DNA from: Armatimonadota bacterium
GTDB taxonomy: Bacteria; Armatimonadota; Armatimonadia; Armatimonadales; Armatimonadaceae
Assembly (NCBI GenBank): GCA_043754515.1
Contig: JAYUUO010000112.1
Coordinates: forward strand, 1-40,706
Direction of reading: 5' to 3'
DNA length: 40,706 nucleotides
Below are positions 39,071 through 40,706 of the stretch, in pieces. The position numbers and the translations under genes were made by a program. The stretch's first letter is position 1; every line of letters starts with the position of its first letter. Below the pieces are notes generated by a model, which was given only the letters and a program-made list of their open reading frames with translations, ran no database searches and was not told the DNA's origin.

Positions 39071-39667
39071 TCACGAGACCATATGTACGAGAATGCCGAG
39101 TAGTCGGGGCAGTTCGGCGATCCCATATTCGCGCAGATCAATCGAGACGGTCTTGCCGGTGAGGGAGAGGAAACGCCAACGCGTGCCGTCCGTCACCGCG
39201 CCGTAAACGGTCTCGATGGGCTTGTTTTTACGTTCATTGAAGCGTTGCGCGGCGACCATCTCCGCGAGGCATTGCGCGACCCCCGCGTTCAGATCCTCGC
39301 GCTTCGCCTCCGCCAGCATCAGTACGGGTGCTTTTATCTCATCCACGATGGCGTCGCGACTGAACAGAAAATCGCAGTATCCGAAAAGGCCGACTTTTCT
39401 ATCCACATCAAACTTAATGCCGGAGAACAAGGCGACAGTTCTTCCCTTTACCTCCCGCACTTCGACCAGCACCGGGGCGACCAGAAACTCGGAGCGGGCC
39501 TTCTCTGACGTCTTCCCGACCACGAGCGACGACTGAAAACGTAGCGTGGTACGCAACCAATCGCTCGGCGGAATGGGGGTGAGATGTCCGTATCCGTCCT
39601 CGGTTTGAATGAGCGTTAGTTCAAACCGCTCCTCGACCAGGGAGAGAGTGAAGGATTCATAAGCCAT
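39071..39667 (-). CDS. Putative restriction-endonuclease-fold (PD-(D/E)xK) protein
   Basis: SEKARSEFLVAPVL, GYCDFL, AEAKR, QCLAEMVAAQRFN, YGAVTDGTRWRF; ATG 6 nt after TACACT. Confidence 0.7.
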   Translation of the reverse strand: MAYESFTLSLVEERFELTLIQTEDGYGHLTPIPPSDWLRTTLRFQSSLVVGKTSEKARSEFLVAPVLVEVREVKGRTVALFSGIKFDVDRKVGLFGYCDFLFSRDAIVDEIKAPVLMLAEAKREDLNAGVAQCLAEMVAAQRFNERKNKPIETVYGAVTDGTRWRFLSLTGKTVSIDLREYGIAELPRLLGILVHMVS

Positions 39668-39882
39668 GTGGACAGTGTACCGCCTACCACCTGGCGAACA
39701 GGGTCTGATGCGCGTCGAAGCATCAGAGAGCGAGCAAATTAACTCGCGGGAGCCCTGTGGGGGGAAAGCAATCGCGTACAGTGACAGGAACAATAGCCGA
39801 CGAGCCGGGGGATAATTTAGCGGGATCAGAGTCACCAGCGATAGTGAATCAAATCTCACGCGAGAAAGTGGAACACAAAACG

Positions 39883-40185
39883 ATGAGTTGGGCGAGGTTT
39901 GGTATAGAGGGCTTGGGGCGCGGCGAGGCAGTCCAGATACGCCCGCGCGGGCACTCGATGCGGGGCAAGGTGAACGACGGCGATCTGGTCACGATCACGC
40001 CATGCGTGGGGGAGTCACTCGAGACCGGCGACATCGTGCTGGTGCGGGTCGGAGGAAGTGACTATCTGCACCTGATCAAAGCGGTGGACGGCGAGCGGTT
40101 CCAGATCGGCAACAACCGGGGCGGCATCAACGGGTGGGTAGGAAGATCCGCCATCTACGGGAAGGCAACGCGTGTCGAGCCGTGA
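39883..40185 (+). CDS. Stand-alone S24/S26 peptidase-like protein
   Basis: RGHSMRGKVNDGDLV, GDIVLVRV, LHLIK, GNNRG. Confidence 0.75.
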   Translation: MSWARFGIEGLGRGEAVQIRPRGHSMRGKVNDGDLVTITPCVGESLETGDIVLVRVGGSDYLHLIKAVDGERFQIGNNRGGINGWVGRSAIYGKATRVEP

Positions 40186-40505
40186 CTAATGGAGGCATCT
40201 TGTTTTGGAGATTGAAGGTCACCGAAACACGCCGCCGCGACGAACCCCGCGTCGCTGACCGGCACGCCTTCCTCCGCGAGCCGCGCTTTTTGCTCGGCGA
40301 AATGAACCGGCGAACGCTTTGCAATTCGCAGATACCCATCCGAGCCGACCACGCGGTGCCAGGGAACGTCCTCGGGACACGAACCGAGCGCGAATCCGAC
40401 CGTGCGCGGCGTCACGCCGACCGCCCTACCGACGTCGCCGTAACTCATCACGGTTCCGAACGGGATCGCGCGGACGTACTCGAATACCGCGTCAAAATTA
40501 CCCAA
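40155..40505 (-). CDS. Alkyltransferase-like (ATL/MGMT family) protein
   Basis: IPFGTVMSYGDV, RTVG, VPWHRVV (Trp in place of the active Cys), LAEEGV. Confidence 0.9.
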   Translation of the reverse strand: MGNFDAVFEYVRAIPFGTVMSYGDVGRAVGVTPRTVGFALGSCPEDVPWHRVVGSDGYLRIAKRSPVHFAEQKARLAEEGVPVSDAGFVAAACFGDLQSPKQDASISHGSTRVAFP

Positions 40506-40706
40506 CCGCAGTCACCCGTTCCAAAATCGCGACGTCGAGCCAGTCGCCGAACTTCTGACCGACGCGGTGTAATGTCCCGACTCCGGTGAAGCCATGGCGT
40601 TTGTGCAAGCGGAGCGACGCTTCATTATCGCCCGTGATCAGCGCGAGCAGGGCGACGAAGCCGCGCCGGTCGGCCTCGACCAGGAGCGAGGATAGTAGCG
40701 CGGTGC
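40498..40706 (-). CDS. GNAT N-acetyltransferase (YncA/phosphinothricin acetyltransferase-like), 3' part only
   Basis: NEASLRLHKRHGFTGVGTLHRVGQKFGDWLDV; runs off the window edge. Confidence 0.85.
   Translation of the reverse strand, partial: TALLSSLLVEADRRGFVALLALITGDNEASLRLHKRHGFTGVGTLHRVGQKFGDWLDVAILERVTAVG

Overview
GC-rich bacterial chromosomal window, probably Armatimonadota or a relative. This is an inference from two prepilin/DUF1559 H-X9-DG proteins, a Sec-type Rhs and a thpR-recA pair. Housekeeping genes (ruvA, DAHP synthase, putA, mrp/apbC, thpR, recA, uvrB, a circularly permuted ATP-grasp, ATL, GNAT) are interleaved with accessory modules: an IS3-like end, a secreted caspase, an Rhs toxin locus with orphan cassettes, a LacI/DUF1559/CBM/glycoside hydrolase cluster, a 5-repeat CRISPR array with no cas genes in the window, an EcoRV-like R-M pair, a MITE and REP-like hairpins. 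Main points: (1) 20-30 bp hairpin micro-insertions in the Rhs copies, one with a 3-bp duplication that frameshifts the toxin domain off its carrier; (2) a Phe/Tyr/Trp-rich leader peptide plus terminator before the DAHP synthase; (3) broken toxin/nuclease genes next to intact immunity, methylase or partner genes; (4) single in-frame TAG stops in otherwise full-length uvrB and a TPR lipoprotein; (5) two CRISPR spacers carrying the complement of the crRNA handle; (6) a Pho-box-like repeat and several apparently leaderless genes. Family calls come from motif recognition by eye; no searches were run.
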